64,000 bases of DNA from Camelus dromedarius (Eukaryota): assembly GCF_036321535.1 (NCBI RefSeq), contig NC_087437.1, forward strand, positions 120,282,001 through 120,346,000. The letters run 5' to 3'. Of the stretch, positions 1 to 11,474 are shown in pieces. Both the position numbers and the translations under genes were made by a program. The first letter of the stretch is position 1, and every line of letters starts with the position of its first letter. The notes beneath the pieces are model-generated. The model made no database searches, was not told the DNA's origin, and saw nothing but the letters and a program-made list of their open reading frames with translations.

Positions 1-116
1 ATACGTATTTTTCAGATTCTTTTCCTTTGTAGGTTATTTCAAGATATCGAACAGAGTTCCCTGTGCTGTACAGCAGGTCCTTGTTTATCTGTTTTATATA
101 CAGCAGTGCGTACATG
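1..116 (-). mobile_element. L1 3'-region fragment, cetartiodactyl type
   Basis: ttcagattcttttcc..taggttatt..aagatat..agttccctgtgctgtacagcaggtccttg, typical of the antisense artiodactyl L1 3' end. Confidence 0.8.
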
Positions 117-339
117 AAGGCTGGTTTTAAAACAGCCGTTTACCTGATGAGCTGGGAAATAGCTGCTTTCCTCGTGTGGCAGCGACTTCACACACTTCAT
201 GTCCATCCTGAGGTCTGGGGAGCAGAGTCTGGGCTGCCCTTCCCTACCCCACTCCAGCTCCTTAAACTGCTCCCAGCTCCCCCACCACCACCCTAGGACC
301 TTTCCCCTCACTCACACACCCTCTCCTGCCTCACGTGCT

Positions 340-450
340 TCTCCCCTTCTTCATCTGACAAGTATTACAAGTTCTTCCAGACACCTTGCTGATGTCACCT
401 CCTCCAGGAAGCCTGCTGAGCCTGCCCTGTCAGGCTCATTTCATTATCTT
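340..450. mobile_element. L2 fragment
   Basis: atgtcacctcctccaggaagcct motif typical of L2. Confidence 0.45.
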
Positions 451-1784
451 CCACCATAGCCCCTGGCAGGCTGGGCTGTGCCACTATGGTTCCCCCTGTG
501 CCCCCATGGCCTCCCGCAGCCCAGGGCCAGGCCTGTCCCACTGACCTCGAATTCCCAGACCTGGCTCATGTCCTCCAGCAAGGGGTCACCATGAGGAGAT
601 CCAGGAGAGCTCCACGAAGGGATGAGACCTGTGACAACCGATGAGGCCAATGTAGAGACATGGGGCCTGTTAGACACCAAGCCCCTAGCAGCGAGCCCAG
701 CCTCTGGCAAGGCCTCCAGGGGCTGGTATTAGGGGAGGGTGGGCAGGGGCAAGAGGTAGTCTAGGAGGGAGCTGTTTCCATGGTGACAGTGGCCCCTCTG
801 GCTCTGGGGACATCCCAGAGCTGGGGGCCAGGGGCAGAGTGCTGTGTGCAGGGTCTGAGGGAGTCAAGCCTCCCCTTTCTTCCTTGTTAGCTGATTCCCA
901 GTGCAGACCTCCGGAACCTCTCACCGCAAGCTTGTCAACTGAACCAGGCTGAGTTAAATACTCTGTTGTTGGCAGCCCCAGGCATTCGAATGGACACAGC
1001 ATGTTAGAAGGTACTTGTAACGCATTGTGATGGGAGCTCCGACATGGACACCATGAGAGGTCAAGGCAGGAAGCTCCCCTCTGGCAGCTAGCTGTGGCCC
1101 CAGGATCTCCTCCTCAGTGGGCGTGAAAGTGATGCCCATGTGGCTGGGCTTCTCTGGTCCTCTCCATTTCCTGAGATGTGTTCTGGAATTTCCAGACTAT
1201 ATTCACTGAGAGGCTCACTGTCTTAGGCTGGTGTTTATCCCACTGATTGAGGGTTTGGTGTCCACGCTGTCATCCCTGGTGGCTCACCACGTGGCAGAAC
1301 TACACTGGGTGTTTCCTTATGTTAACTCTATTCTCCCCACTTGACAGAAGAGGAGAGGTGGGCTGCAAGGAGAGGACGAGACCACTCAGGCCACACAATG
1401 GGGAACTGCATTCTGTCTGCTACCTGACACCCAGGGACTAAGCCTGTTGCTAGAAACCCTCTGAAAGAGTCTCTCTTCTGTTCTCCTGGTCTCCATTCAG
1501 ACCTGCCCACTCTCGTTCCATGGCCCCTGTCAGTTTTGGATGGGCTTCCTCCTTCCCTTTGCCTCTCTGGGGACCTGAGTCATGGGTGCAGACACAGCCA
1601 GTCAGGTTGCCTGCTCGCTCTGTTTCCTTGACAGCAAATAGAGCAAGTGATCCATCACTGGTTTTGCTCCAGCACTTTGGAAACATCGTGTGTGTGTGGC
1701 AGGGAGGTGGGGGGAGGTTGAAGGGAGTTTCATTTCCTCTCTCTCCTCATGTGTTAGTTTCCATGGCTGCGATAACGAAGTGTA

Positions 1785-1823
1785 TCATTGTCTTCATCAT
1801 CATCATCATCATCTCCATCATCC
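1785..1823 (+). repeat. (CAT)n microsatellite
   Basis: catcatcatcatcatcatc plus degenerate flanks. Confidence 0.85.
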
Positions 1824-2399
1824 CAGAACTGAGATGGTAAGAGCCTGGATTCAGGTTCTGGCAGCAAAATTGAGGAAAAAAGGGACACATTTGAAAGACA
1901 TTATGACAGAATCATATATAGACTTAGAGAGGAAATAAATGATGGGGAGAAAAAAGAAAAAGAGAGTTGGTGATGGCCACGCATGTGGTCCCCAGAATAG
2001 GTGACTGGGGAAAAGAGAGGCTTCAGAGGCAGCATCCGCAGAGGTTGGCAGCCTGGGAGTGTGGGGCAGGGATGAGCAGGGCATGTGAATGTGGGCAAAA
2101 GAGGCTGGAGCCACAGGGGTGACTGAGGGACCAGGATGCGGAAGCACAGAGGGCCAGGGACAGGCTCCGACTTCAAAGTTAGACTTTGAAGATTTGAGTC
2201 AGAAGAAGTCAGAAAAAGAGGAGCCAGGCAGGAAAACCAGGAGAGGAGTTCTGGAGTTTTGTTCTTCTGGTGTTTGTGGTCAATATTGTTTTGCTGGTGT
2301 TTTTAGGATAAAGAAGGCCTTCCCCTGAGTGGATTGAGTAACCAGCCCCCACTTAGCTGCCTCACAGAGCAAAGAGTGGGCCTTCCCTTGGGAAAGTAA

Positions 2400-3830
2400 T
2401 ATTCACTCCAATGCCTGCAGTTCTTTTAAACACAATGTGCAGAAGACAATCAAAAATTACAAGATATGAGAAAAATTAGAAAAAGGTGACCCTTCATCAA
2501 GAGGAGAAATTTGGTGACAGAAGCAGACTTGCACACAACCCAGCTCTGAAAGTCAGTGAATAATGACTTTAAAACAGCTACTGAAAGTATATTAGATTTC
2601 AGAGGAATATATAAAATAAATTAAGAGTTGGAGAATTTCAACAGAGAAGTGGAAACTATGAAAGAGAACCAGTGGGCATCCTACACCGAGAGCTCAGAGT
2701 TGGAACCAAAGGAGCAGCTGCACGGGCCTCACAGCAGAAGAAAGGACAGTAAGACAAAGAGAAACACACCAGGTTTGTGCTTCAGTGAGCAAGACTAGTG
2801 AATACAAGGCCATCACATCACATGACTTCAAACAATACGTTTTGGGCAAACACAGGTCAATAGAGATTATCCAAAGAGAAGCATGGAGAGAAAAAAAATG
2901 GAAAAAAAAAAAAAAAAAAAGACCAGACTATTAGAGAGGCATGTGAGGTAAAAACAAATAGTCTGTCACACACACATACATGTAATGGGAGCCCCAGAGG
3001 GAGACGAGAGGATGAGACAGAATAAATATTTCAAGAGTTGATGGCTGTGAATTTTTCAAAATTGATAAAAAGACATCACCCCACAGATGTAAGGAGCCTA
3101 GCGAAACCTGAAGAGGATAAAGACAAAGGAGGCCACCCCCAGGCACATCGTAGTGAAGTTGCTAAGAACTAAAAGTGCAGAGAAAACCCTAGAAGCAGCC
3201 AGAGGAAAGCAACATGTCGCCTCTGGAGGAACCATAATCAAAATGACGAGTGCCTTCTGGTTAGGAATGATGGGAGCCAGAGACAATTAACCCAGCTTCA
3301 GAGTGCTGATGGAGGGGACTTCCAGCCCAGGGTTCCACACCCGTGACCACATCCTTCCAAAATGAGTACAAAACAAACATACTTTCAGACGAGCACAAAC
3401 TGAAGGAGTTTACCACCAGCCAACGTACACAACAAAAATAGGGCCAGAAGAAGTCCTTCAGGCTCAAGGAAAGTGATCCCAGATGTGAGCATAGACATGC
3501 AGAAAAACAGAGAGGGCACCAGGAAGGTCCAGAAAGGATGAAAGAGGAGGTGGGGCAGACGGGGACATGGCAGCAGACGGGAGACTTGGGCCAACTGCAT
3601 CAACTCATTACATTACATGTAAATGGACTAAATATTCTACTGAAAGGGCAGAACTTATCTGACTGTACAAGGAAATCATGAGTCTACCACATGCTGTTAC
3701 CGAGAGGCACAGTTAAAGTATCAGGACACAAATAGATCAACAAGTGTTTTTAAAAGGGAGAGAAGAACCAGGCAGACTCTAACCATGAGAAAGCCATTGA
3801 AGCTGTGTTAATATAAAACAAAGTGGATGG
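2400..3830 (+). mobile_element. Old L1M fossil (ORF1 and start of ORF2)
   Basis: A-rich; ORF1-like ccaggcacatcgtagtgaagttgctaagaactaaa..ctagaagcagccagagg; ORF2 start-like cattacatgtaaatggactaaat at ~3610. Confidence 0.85.
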
Positions 3831-5870
3831 GTCCCCTTCCTCCTCTCCCAGCCTTGCCAGGGGCTTTCTGGCCCCAGGCCTGCTCTCTCACCATGGACAG
3901 GCCCGCTGGGGGAACTGCAGGCCAGGAGCCAGCTCCTCTCCAGGACAAGCAGTGGCCCGGCGCCCTGACAGCTGGCCCCTGGCCCCACTTGCAGACTGTC
4001 TTCTGTCCGGTGGGAGGTATTCTCTGGACAACCCTGAGCCAGGTCAGCCGTGCAGGACAGACAGCAGAAAGCTGGGGAGGGCAGCCCCCGGGAACCTCAC
4101 AGTCTCAGCCTGCCGCAGACACCGGGGTGCTTGTCTGTTGCCGCGTCCTCATGGAGACCCCTCTCCTGCCCGCGTGCTGCCTTTCCGTCCGCGGCCTGGG
4201 CTGTCCCAGGACTAGGGTTGGGAAGAACACTGCAGGGGCAATGGGGAGAAATGGCCTCTGCACTCTGCACGTCTGGGGTCAGATCTGTTTACGGACCTGC
4301 TTCCAAACACACTATTCATGCCAACACCCCAAATGTGCTTCAGGGAGACCCGGGTACCAGAGAGCAGGGCAGAGACAGGTTCTTACATTGCTGACAGAGG
4401 CAAAAGCTTCAAACCAGGCAGGGCAAGCTTCCTGCCCTAGAGGAGTCCAGCCCAGGGCTGGGGGAGCAGAGCCACCTGGGATGAGAGGCCACTGTGGCTG
4501 TGCTGGAGCCCCTGACCCACTTCTGGGAGGACCCGCCCCAACCAACCGGCCTTTTCTGCCTCGGAAGCCCCCAGCCGTCCCCAGCACTGCCCTGTCATTG
4601 CCCAGGGTAGTGACCAGCACAGGACAAGCAGGTTTCTTGTGGCCACTCTGTGTCCCTTAGGGCTGCCCTTTGCCCTCTTGGCCAGGCCCCTCACGTGGAC
4701 TGCTCACAGGTCCTGGCACTGGCTCCAGGCAAGACCACCGGTGCCCACCCCTGGGGGCTCAGCCCTGCAGGAGACGGCCCTGTGCAAATGGCCAAGGGTC
4801 CCGGGCCCTCGTGGGCCCCGACCTTGCTCACAGGCCCCACTCTGCCCCGTGTGCCGCGTGACTCCAGGATGGAAACCAGACACTGGCCCAGAGCTTACGC
4901 GGGGGGATTCCAAAAACTCACTGACCAAAATCAGTGCTGAGGGCAACGTTTTTAAAAATCAAAATGAGTGCAAAATTCATGAGGAACAAAACACCAAACG
5001 TTTAAACAAAGGCAGCCTCCAGCCCCGGCCCAGGGCACCCGGGGGCTGGCTGGCGCGGCCCCGGGTTCCACAGGACCCAGGCCAGGTGTGCGAGCGGGAC
5101 GTCAGGGGCGCCCAGGCTGGGCCGGGGAACCCCGGCCAGGAAGAGCCTGGCCTCCTGCGCTTCCTGCGGCAGGAAAGCAATATTCCGGGGATGCGCTGAG
5201 GAAATCCCTGCTCCGGGGAATTTCCCAGAGTGCGGCAGGAACCCGTCCTGCACACGGGGCTGGGGGTGGGGCCAGGGCGTCCCGGGAGCGCTCAGGCCCC
5301 TCCCTCCCGGGGAATGTGGCTCCTGGGCCCCCGAGACGAGCTTTCCGCGCACAGAGGCGAGGCTGAGTGGGCGACCGTTGCCCTGGGCAGCACTTGCTAA
5401 CACGCCAGCCCACAAGTGATGACTGGTGGAGCGTCTTGACCCCCAGTGAAAAGAGAACAGAAAGCGTTTGCATCTGCCTGCGTTCTGTTAAGCCCCAGTC
5501 ACCGGTGCCACTTAGGATAAATCTGAGGGGAAAGTGAGAGCTGCTTCCAGATTCCTCCAACTGGGAAAGACTGGGGAAGGTCCCCCCTGAGGGCAGGGGC
5601 CAAGCCTTGACTGGAGGGGAAGAAGTTTCCAGGTGTGGGCTGGACAGGAAATAGAGGTTACAGTCAAACTGGGATGTTTGAGGAGGTTGACTAAAGGGAC
5701 AGTTTGCAAGCATGTAGACAGGCCTTTGGAAGCAAGGCAGGGATGCGCGGTGCCCTGGGGGTAGCAGGGGAGGGGCCGTGTCCGCCCCTGGACCTGGGAG
5801 AGGGGAGCAGCAGGGACTGGCCTGTGGGCCCTGCAGCCACAGTGCTGGGGAAGCCCCAGGAGGGCAGAAG

Positions 5871-6083
5871 ACACACACACACACACACCGCCCCCCTCAG
5901 CCTCACACATCCACACACACACAACCACATCCACACACATCCACATCCGCACACACACCCCACATCCACATACATCCAAATACACACACCTCCACACACA
6001 CAAACACACACACACACACCCCACATACACACCACATCCACATCACACATCCACACACACACATAACCACATACACACACATC

Positions 6084-6120
<37 letters not shown>
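5871..6120 (+). repeat. Compound (CA)n / CACATC simple repeat
   Basis: ~250 bp of CA-rich units ending in pure (CA)n. Confidence 0.97.
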
Positions 6121-6122
<2 letters not shown>

Positions 6123-6124
6123 GT

Positions 6125-6530
6125 GAGAGGAGTTACTACTGCTGTGTAACAGTTACCCAACCGTAGCAGTTTAAAACCGCAAACCTTTATTATCTTAGTT
6201 TCTGGGGCTCAGGGATTTGGGAGGCGCCCAGCTGCACAGTTCTGACCCAGGGTTAGTGGTGAGGTTGCAGCCAGGGTGTCCACCAGGATTGCATCACCTG
6301 AAGGTGTGATTAGGATGGGAAAGCCTGCTCACGTGGCTGCAGGCAGGAGGCCTCGGGTCCTCACCAGTGGCCCACTCCAGAGCAGCTGGCCTCCCCGAGA
6401 GCGAGGGCCCCCAGAGAGCAAGGTGAAAACCACTGTGTCCTTGGTGACCTCATCTTGGATGTCACTTACCGTCTCAGATACAGTGTGGGAGGGGACAATA
6501 CTAGGGCATGGGTACCAGAGGATGAAGGCA
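6125..6530. mobile_element. MLT1 (MaLR) LTR
   Basis: ctgctgtgtaacagttacccaa..tttaaaacc..tttattatct..gtttctggggctcaggg, MLT1 signature. Confidence 0.75.
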
Positions 6531-6564
6531 CTGGACTCTAGCCTGCAAGCTAGATATTTGACTA

Positions 6565-6671
6565 TTTTTAAATTTTTGCTTTATTTTATTATGTTCTTAA
6601 TGGCAGCACTGGGGACTGAACCCAGGACCTCATGCATGCTGAGCATGTGCTCTACCTACCATACCCTCCCC
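6565..6671 (-). mobile_element. tRNA-derived SINE, Vic-1-like (camelid)
   Basis: Minus strand reads GGGGAGGGTAT..GGTAGAGCACATGCTCAGCATGCATGAGGTCCTGGGTTCAGTCCCCAGTG followed by an A-rich tail; B box recognisable. Confidence 0.85.
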
Positions 6672-8439
6672 TTTAGTTATTTGATTTTGAGTGAGATTTT
6701 TACTAGAGCCCCGGAATCGGTGACTAACGTTGAAAATGTCACAAGAACTAAGTGACCCTTGACCCACGACCCAACCCCCTAAACTCGCTGCAGGGCTTAA
6801 CGCACGAGAAATCAACAGGGTGGAGGCCAAGGCCAGCTCCCCGACCCAGACCGTGCTGGGGGCTCGGGGAGTCAGAGGCTTCAGGGTTGGGGCTCACTGA
6901 GGGAGCCAGCCCGAGGGAGGGGAGGCCGAGGGGAAGCACAAGCACCCCGCGCCCCACCCACAGCCCTGGGAGCCGGCAGCCCAGCACCTGGGAGGGAGGG
7001 AAAGGGGCCAAGCAGGGCGTGAGAGGACGTCTTCAGACGGACGGCCTGCGTCGGGCGGCTGGAGTGACCGGATATGAGTGGCATCTGCACAAGGGCTTGT
7101 CGGGGCCGGAAGGGGTCGCAGAGCGTGGCTAAAGCTGCGATCAGCCAAACTGAACAAGCTTGTGTTCACGCCGAGCTGAGGCTCTGCGGTCAACCACACA
7201 CAGAGAGAGGACACGCGTGCGGCTAGCCCTTCTGCTCTTTCTTCCTGCAGTGACGTGCACCGCTTGCAGAACCCTAAGGGGAACTATCATAGCTGGTATG
7301 AATGTATTTGTCTGCATTTGGTGAAAAAGAAGAGAGAGGGACTGAGGACGGAGAAAGAAGGGAGTTAGAAAGGGAAACACTGAGAGAGAGTGAAGTGGGG
7401 ACCTGTGTGAGTATCTTGCACCGAGGCCCCCGTTGCCTGCAGTTACCAGCAGGTCAGACCTGGGAGGGCTCCATGCCCCGGCCTGTGCCCTGCACCGGAG
7501 GTGGGCTCGGGGCATCTGTGAAGCAGCAAGTCCTCTCTTGGCCCTCAGGGAGGGGGGCCTTGGGAGCAGCTGGTCCCAGCTGATGGGTGGAGGCTGAGGG
7601 AACACGGAACTCCCTGGGAACAAATCCCATTTGGCCTCGCTACCCACTCCTGGAGCAGGCTGGTCCTGTTCACAATGGTACAGACATTTTAATCTACATT
7701 TTCACAAAAATCTAACCCTTTCCTTCTGGATTCTGGGACATGGTGATTTGGGACACCAATTCAAATTGAAGTTAATAAAAAAGAGACTTAATTGGCTTGC
7801 CCGGCGTCACTCAGGGGAGCCGCAGGCATGGCTAGACGCAGGACCCCGCGTGACGGCCTCTCTGCCCAGGCTGGCCCTGGGCGCCCGCCTCGGGTTTCTT
7901 ACCCTCTTCGCACCCACCCGGCCTTTGCCAAAGTGACCCTTGCAGACCGAAGGGTTCGACCTGGGATTGAGCAACATGGTAACTGTGAGAAGGCCCCCGG
8001 GGCTGAGAGAGCCCGCCCACCCCCTTCTACTGGTCAGTTCTGCCGCAAAGAGCAGCTTCCGCCTGGGCACCAGCAGAGGAAGGGCCCAGCCCTGGGGGGC
8101 TGAGGGGCTTCCCAAAGATGACCTCTGTCTGCTTTCAGTTTCTTCACAGCCCACGTGTTCCACCTTCTCTGGCCAAAGAGTCCCCAAGGGCAGAAGTGGC
8201 CGATCAGTAAAGACTGCATATGCCCTCCTATGCGCCTCCAGGCATGGGGCACGGGGTGGGGGTACCGAGACGCCTAAACGCACAGCACTCCTGCCAGGAA
8301 ATCATCCATTCTGCTGGGGGCGTGGACACAGCCCAGCCTCCCTCCCCTTCGCTGGGCAGCAAATCTGTCTTTCCTGGGGGCCGACCCTACAGAGAGACAC
8401 ACACACCCCGCACCCACTGGCCACAGTGGTAGGTCCTGG

Positions 8440-8793
8440 GATGCTCGATGTCACATTGTAAGGACTCCCTCTGAGACTAACCTGCAGAGTGACCAGAAAA
8501 TCAGCCTCTTCCCACCGGGGCTGCTAGTTTGGTAGGAGGCAAATGTGAGATTGCCAGAGGCCACCTCCACCCCATGGGGAGAGGTCTGACGCCCAGAATG
8601 AAGTCAAGCAAAGACAAGCAGAACCAAGACACGGAGAGAGAACCAGAGCCCTGAGGCCATCATTCAGGCTCCTGGATCCAGCCATGACCGAAGCTGGTCC
8701 CGAGTGATGCAGTTTACTCCAAGCTTAGAAATTTCCTTTACACTTACATTCATCTGAAATGGGATTCTGCACCAAGAGAGCTCTACCTAAAAC
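8440..8793 (+). mobile_element. Old MLT1 (J/K-like) LTR
   Basis: agaatgaagtcaa..agagagaaccagagccctgaggccatc..ctcctggatccagccatg..aatttccttt..ctaaaaca. Confidence 0.65.
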
Positions 8794-11344
8794 AGAGAGA
8801 GCAGGAACGCCACGTTGACATACTAGGCACTCAGGTCGGCGTGCACGGAAGTACCCAGGAAACAAGGAAACGGGCACAGCCAGGTCTCGAAGGACACATG
8901 CAGCTGCCCAGGCAAAGGCCTGCAGAACATCCCAGTGAGGGAACACGTGCACATCAGAGAGGATGGGGGCAGGGACCACACACGATTCCAGCTGGCCATG
9001 AAGGGCTGGGTACAGACGGGGAGCGGCGAGGGTGGGGGCTGGGTGCTGCAAAGCAGTGAGTGAGGTGGGCACTTTCTACCCTGGGTCAGCGAGGTGATTA
9101 AACATGCTCACAGCAACCACACAAAATCTGCAAATTTTGGCCTGCATTTTCTTGCAGCAGCGGGATAAAACCCATGGACCACAGCATCTCTTCCCCAAAT
9201 ATCTGTATCTCTCCCGGCAGATCCAGCCCCACAGAAGAGATGATGCTGTCCTTCGCCACCCCGCCAATTTAGCCACAAAGGGATCTCTCCTCCCCTCTCC
9301 TTCCACTCCTTTGTCTCCCCTACCACCTTGAATCACGGGGTCCAACAAAGCTCTTTGGGCAACACCGTCAGCCTGCAGCCTGGGAGCCCCAGACCCCAGG
9401 CCCCACGGGCCCTGCACGTGTGCCGCGCACAGGTGCACAGGCCGCGCTCAGGTGGGCCTACGCGTGGTGCGGCGCTGCTGCTGCTGCCTCGATGGGCATA
9501 GAGCTTTTGGCCCACGGGTGCCTTATTTTCACTCTGCACTGGGTCCCCCAAGTAGTGCGGCTGGTAGAACTCCCCTTCATCCTGCCTCCTGCATCTCGAC
9601 CTGGACCTCGCCTGGGCCCGGGGCAGCCCCCACACACAGAATGGGCTCCAGTCCTGGGCCACCACCCTGATCTGTTTTCAGGGGCTGGTTCACACCCAGG
9701 GACACCCAGAGACAGGGGAAGGCCCAGCCTCAGAGCCCCAGGGAGGCTGAGAGGGGCTCCTGGCGGCACAGGGACAGAAGCTTATCATGGCTCCTGAAAG
9801 CCACGCTGGACGCAGTGGTAGAGTGGGCCTTGCCTGGACCAGCTAACTGGCTGTCCTCAACCCAAGGTCACGAGCAGAGCACAGTCAGAGCGAGGAAGGA
9901 GGCTTCCCAGGGGCTCCCGTACCTGCGTGACTCACTCTGAAAGCACCTGCCCGGGCGGAGGTACCCCTCCCACCCTCGATCCCCCCCCCCCCCCACAACC
10001 GGGGCCAGACCTCAGGAGACACAGCCAGGGGATGTGTTTCCTGAGCCATTGCCTGAGCTGTACCCAAATGTCCTCATCTCATCAGAGCCGTGATTGGACC
10101 AACCAGGGAGCTCCGATGAGCCATTCTGAAGGCTTACAACCACCCTGGGGAAGGGCGGGGCCTTTCTTGAGCGAGGGCCAAGGGGAAGGGTGGGCACCTC
10201 CATACCACAGCCCCAGGAGGCCAAGACCACCCTGCCAGGTCGCAGGGCAAGGATCCAGGGCGGGGCTTCCCACAGGCAGAGCTTCGGGGGACGAGAGGCC
10301 ACAGCCTCCAACTCCCGGAAGGATCTTCTCCAAGGGAATTCAGTATCGGGGCTGCTGGGGTCTCTGTATTTGGCTCTGAGTCTATTCTCCAAAATAAGCA
10401 AAGAAAAAGTCACAGAACTTTCAAAGTCAAGGGGGCGCACCTGAAGAGGGGCACACATTACATGATGACTTGTAGCGTCAGCCGAGCTCACGCCCAGCAA
10501 GCTGGTGACTCAGCTCTTCCCCGGGGCCAAGGCCGGCCCCACAGGGCAGGGAGGCACACAGGGGTGGCTGAAACCCCAGCCCTGGGTGGGACAGGAGACT
10601 GACAGGAGCCCCGAGTGGGGCAGGGCTGGGCCTCCGTACACGGCAGGACTCCACTCACTGCCAGCGCCGAGCCCAGGCCCTCCACACCAGGGCCTTCTTT
10701 GAGACAGGTCTTCATAATATTTGACAGTCAATCAAGGCTACAGGGAACCCAGCCTGCAGTAAACTTCCATCTCCTCCTGCCTGAGCCCACCAGACCGGGA
10801 AAGGGAAAATCTGCACTGCGTTTTCCGGAGCAAAGGTGGGGCTGGCCTCGGCGGTCACCTCTCCTCAGCGTCTTCAGGTCACATGGGACACAGACCCTTG
10901 CCTGGCATGGCCTCCAGCCCCTCCAAGACACTTTGCACTGCTGTGATCATACCGCAGTTTTCTCATGGCAGCAGAGGTGTCAGACCCAGGCACACGTGCA
11001 CATGCACACACACAGGCAGCCCGCTGCACGCGCTGCCCCCCGCAGCGGGCGAGCTCGGCTCTCAGCATAGCCCTGCTGGCTGGTGGCGGGCGCGGTGGCG
11101 TCAGCAGCTCCGGCTCTCGTGAGCACCCCCCAGAAGCCCTGGAACCACAGCTGTCCTGATGACTGGGCAGAGGTGGGGGTGGGGGAGCAGGCACCCCTGT
11201 TGAGGGCAGGACCCCTGACCCAGTGGCAGGGGGCCCCGAGGCACGGAGGACTCTGGGCTGCAGTGGACAGTCAGCCCCAGGCCAGGCCACAGCCCTCCCA
11301 CAGTCAAGGACACGGTGGGCACTGCCCACCCTGGGGCCCTTCTC

Positions 11345-11474
11345 CCCTGAGTCACCTCTGCCCCAAGGTCACCTCTCGCCATGGTCATTTATTCCCCTGT
11401 GGTCACCTCTCCCTGTGGTCACCCCTCACTGTGGTCACCTCTGCCCCATGGCTGCTTCTCCCACTGTGGTCATG
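11345..11474 (+). repeat. Degenerate ~16-19 bp minisatellite with GTGGTCACC core
   Basis: About 7 units such as ccctgtggtcacctct. Confidence 0.75.

Noticed and set aside
3827..4660. 277-aa ORF and overlapping neighbours
   Set aside because: Pro/Gly/Ala/Arg-rich with no domain; ORFs overlap in several frames, as expected in GC-rich DNA
5512..6160. His/Thr-rich and Cys/Val-rich ORFs
   Set aside because: Translations of the (CA)n repeat
6600..6671. Possible tRNA gene
   Set aside because: Degenerate head with an A-rich tail, so a SINE and not a tRNA
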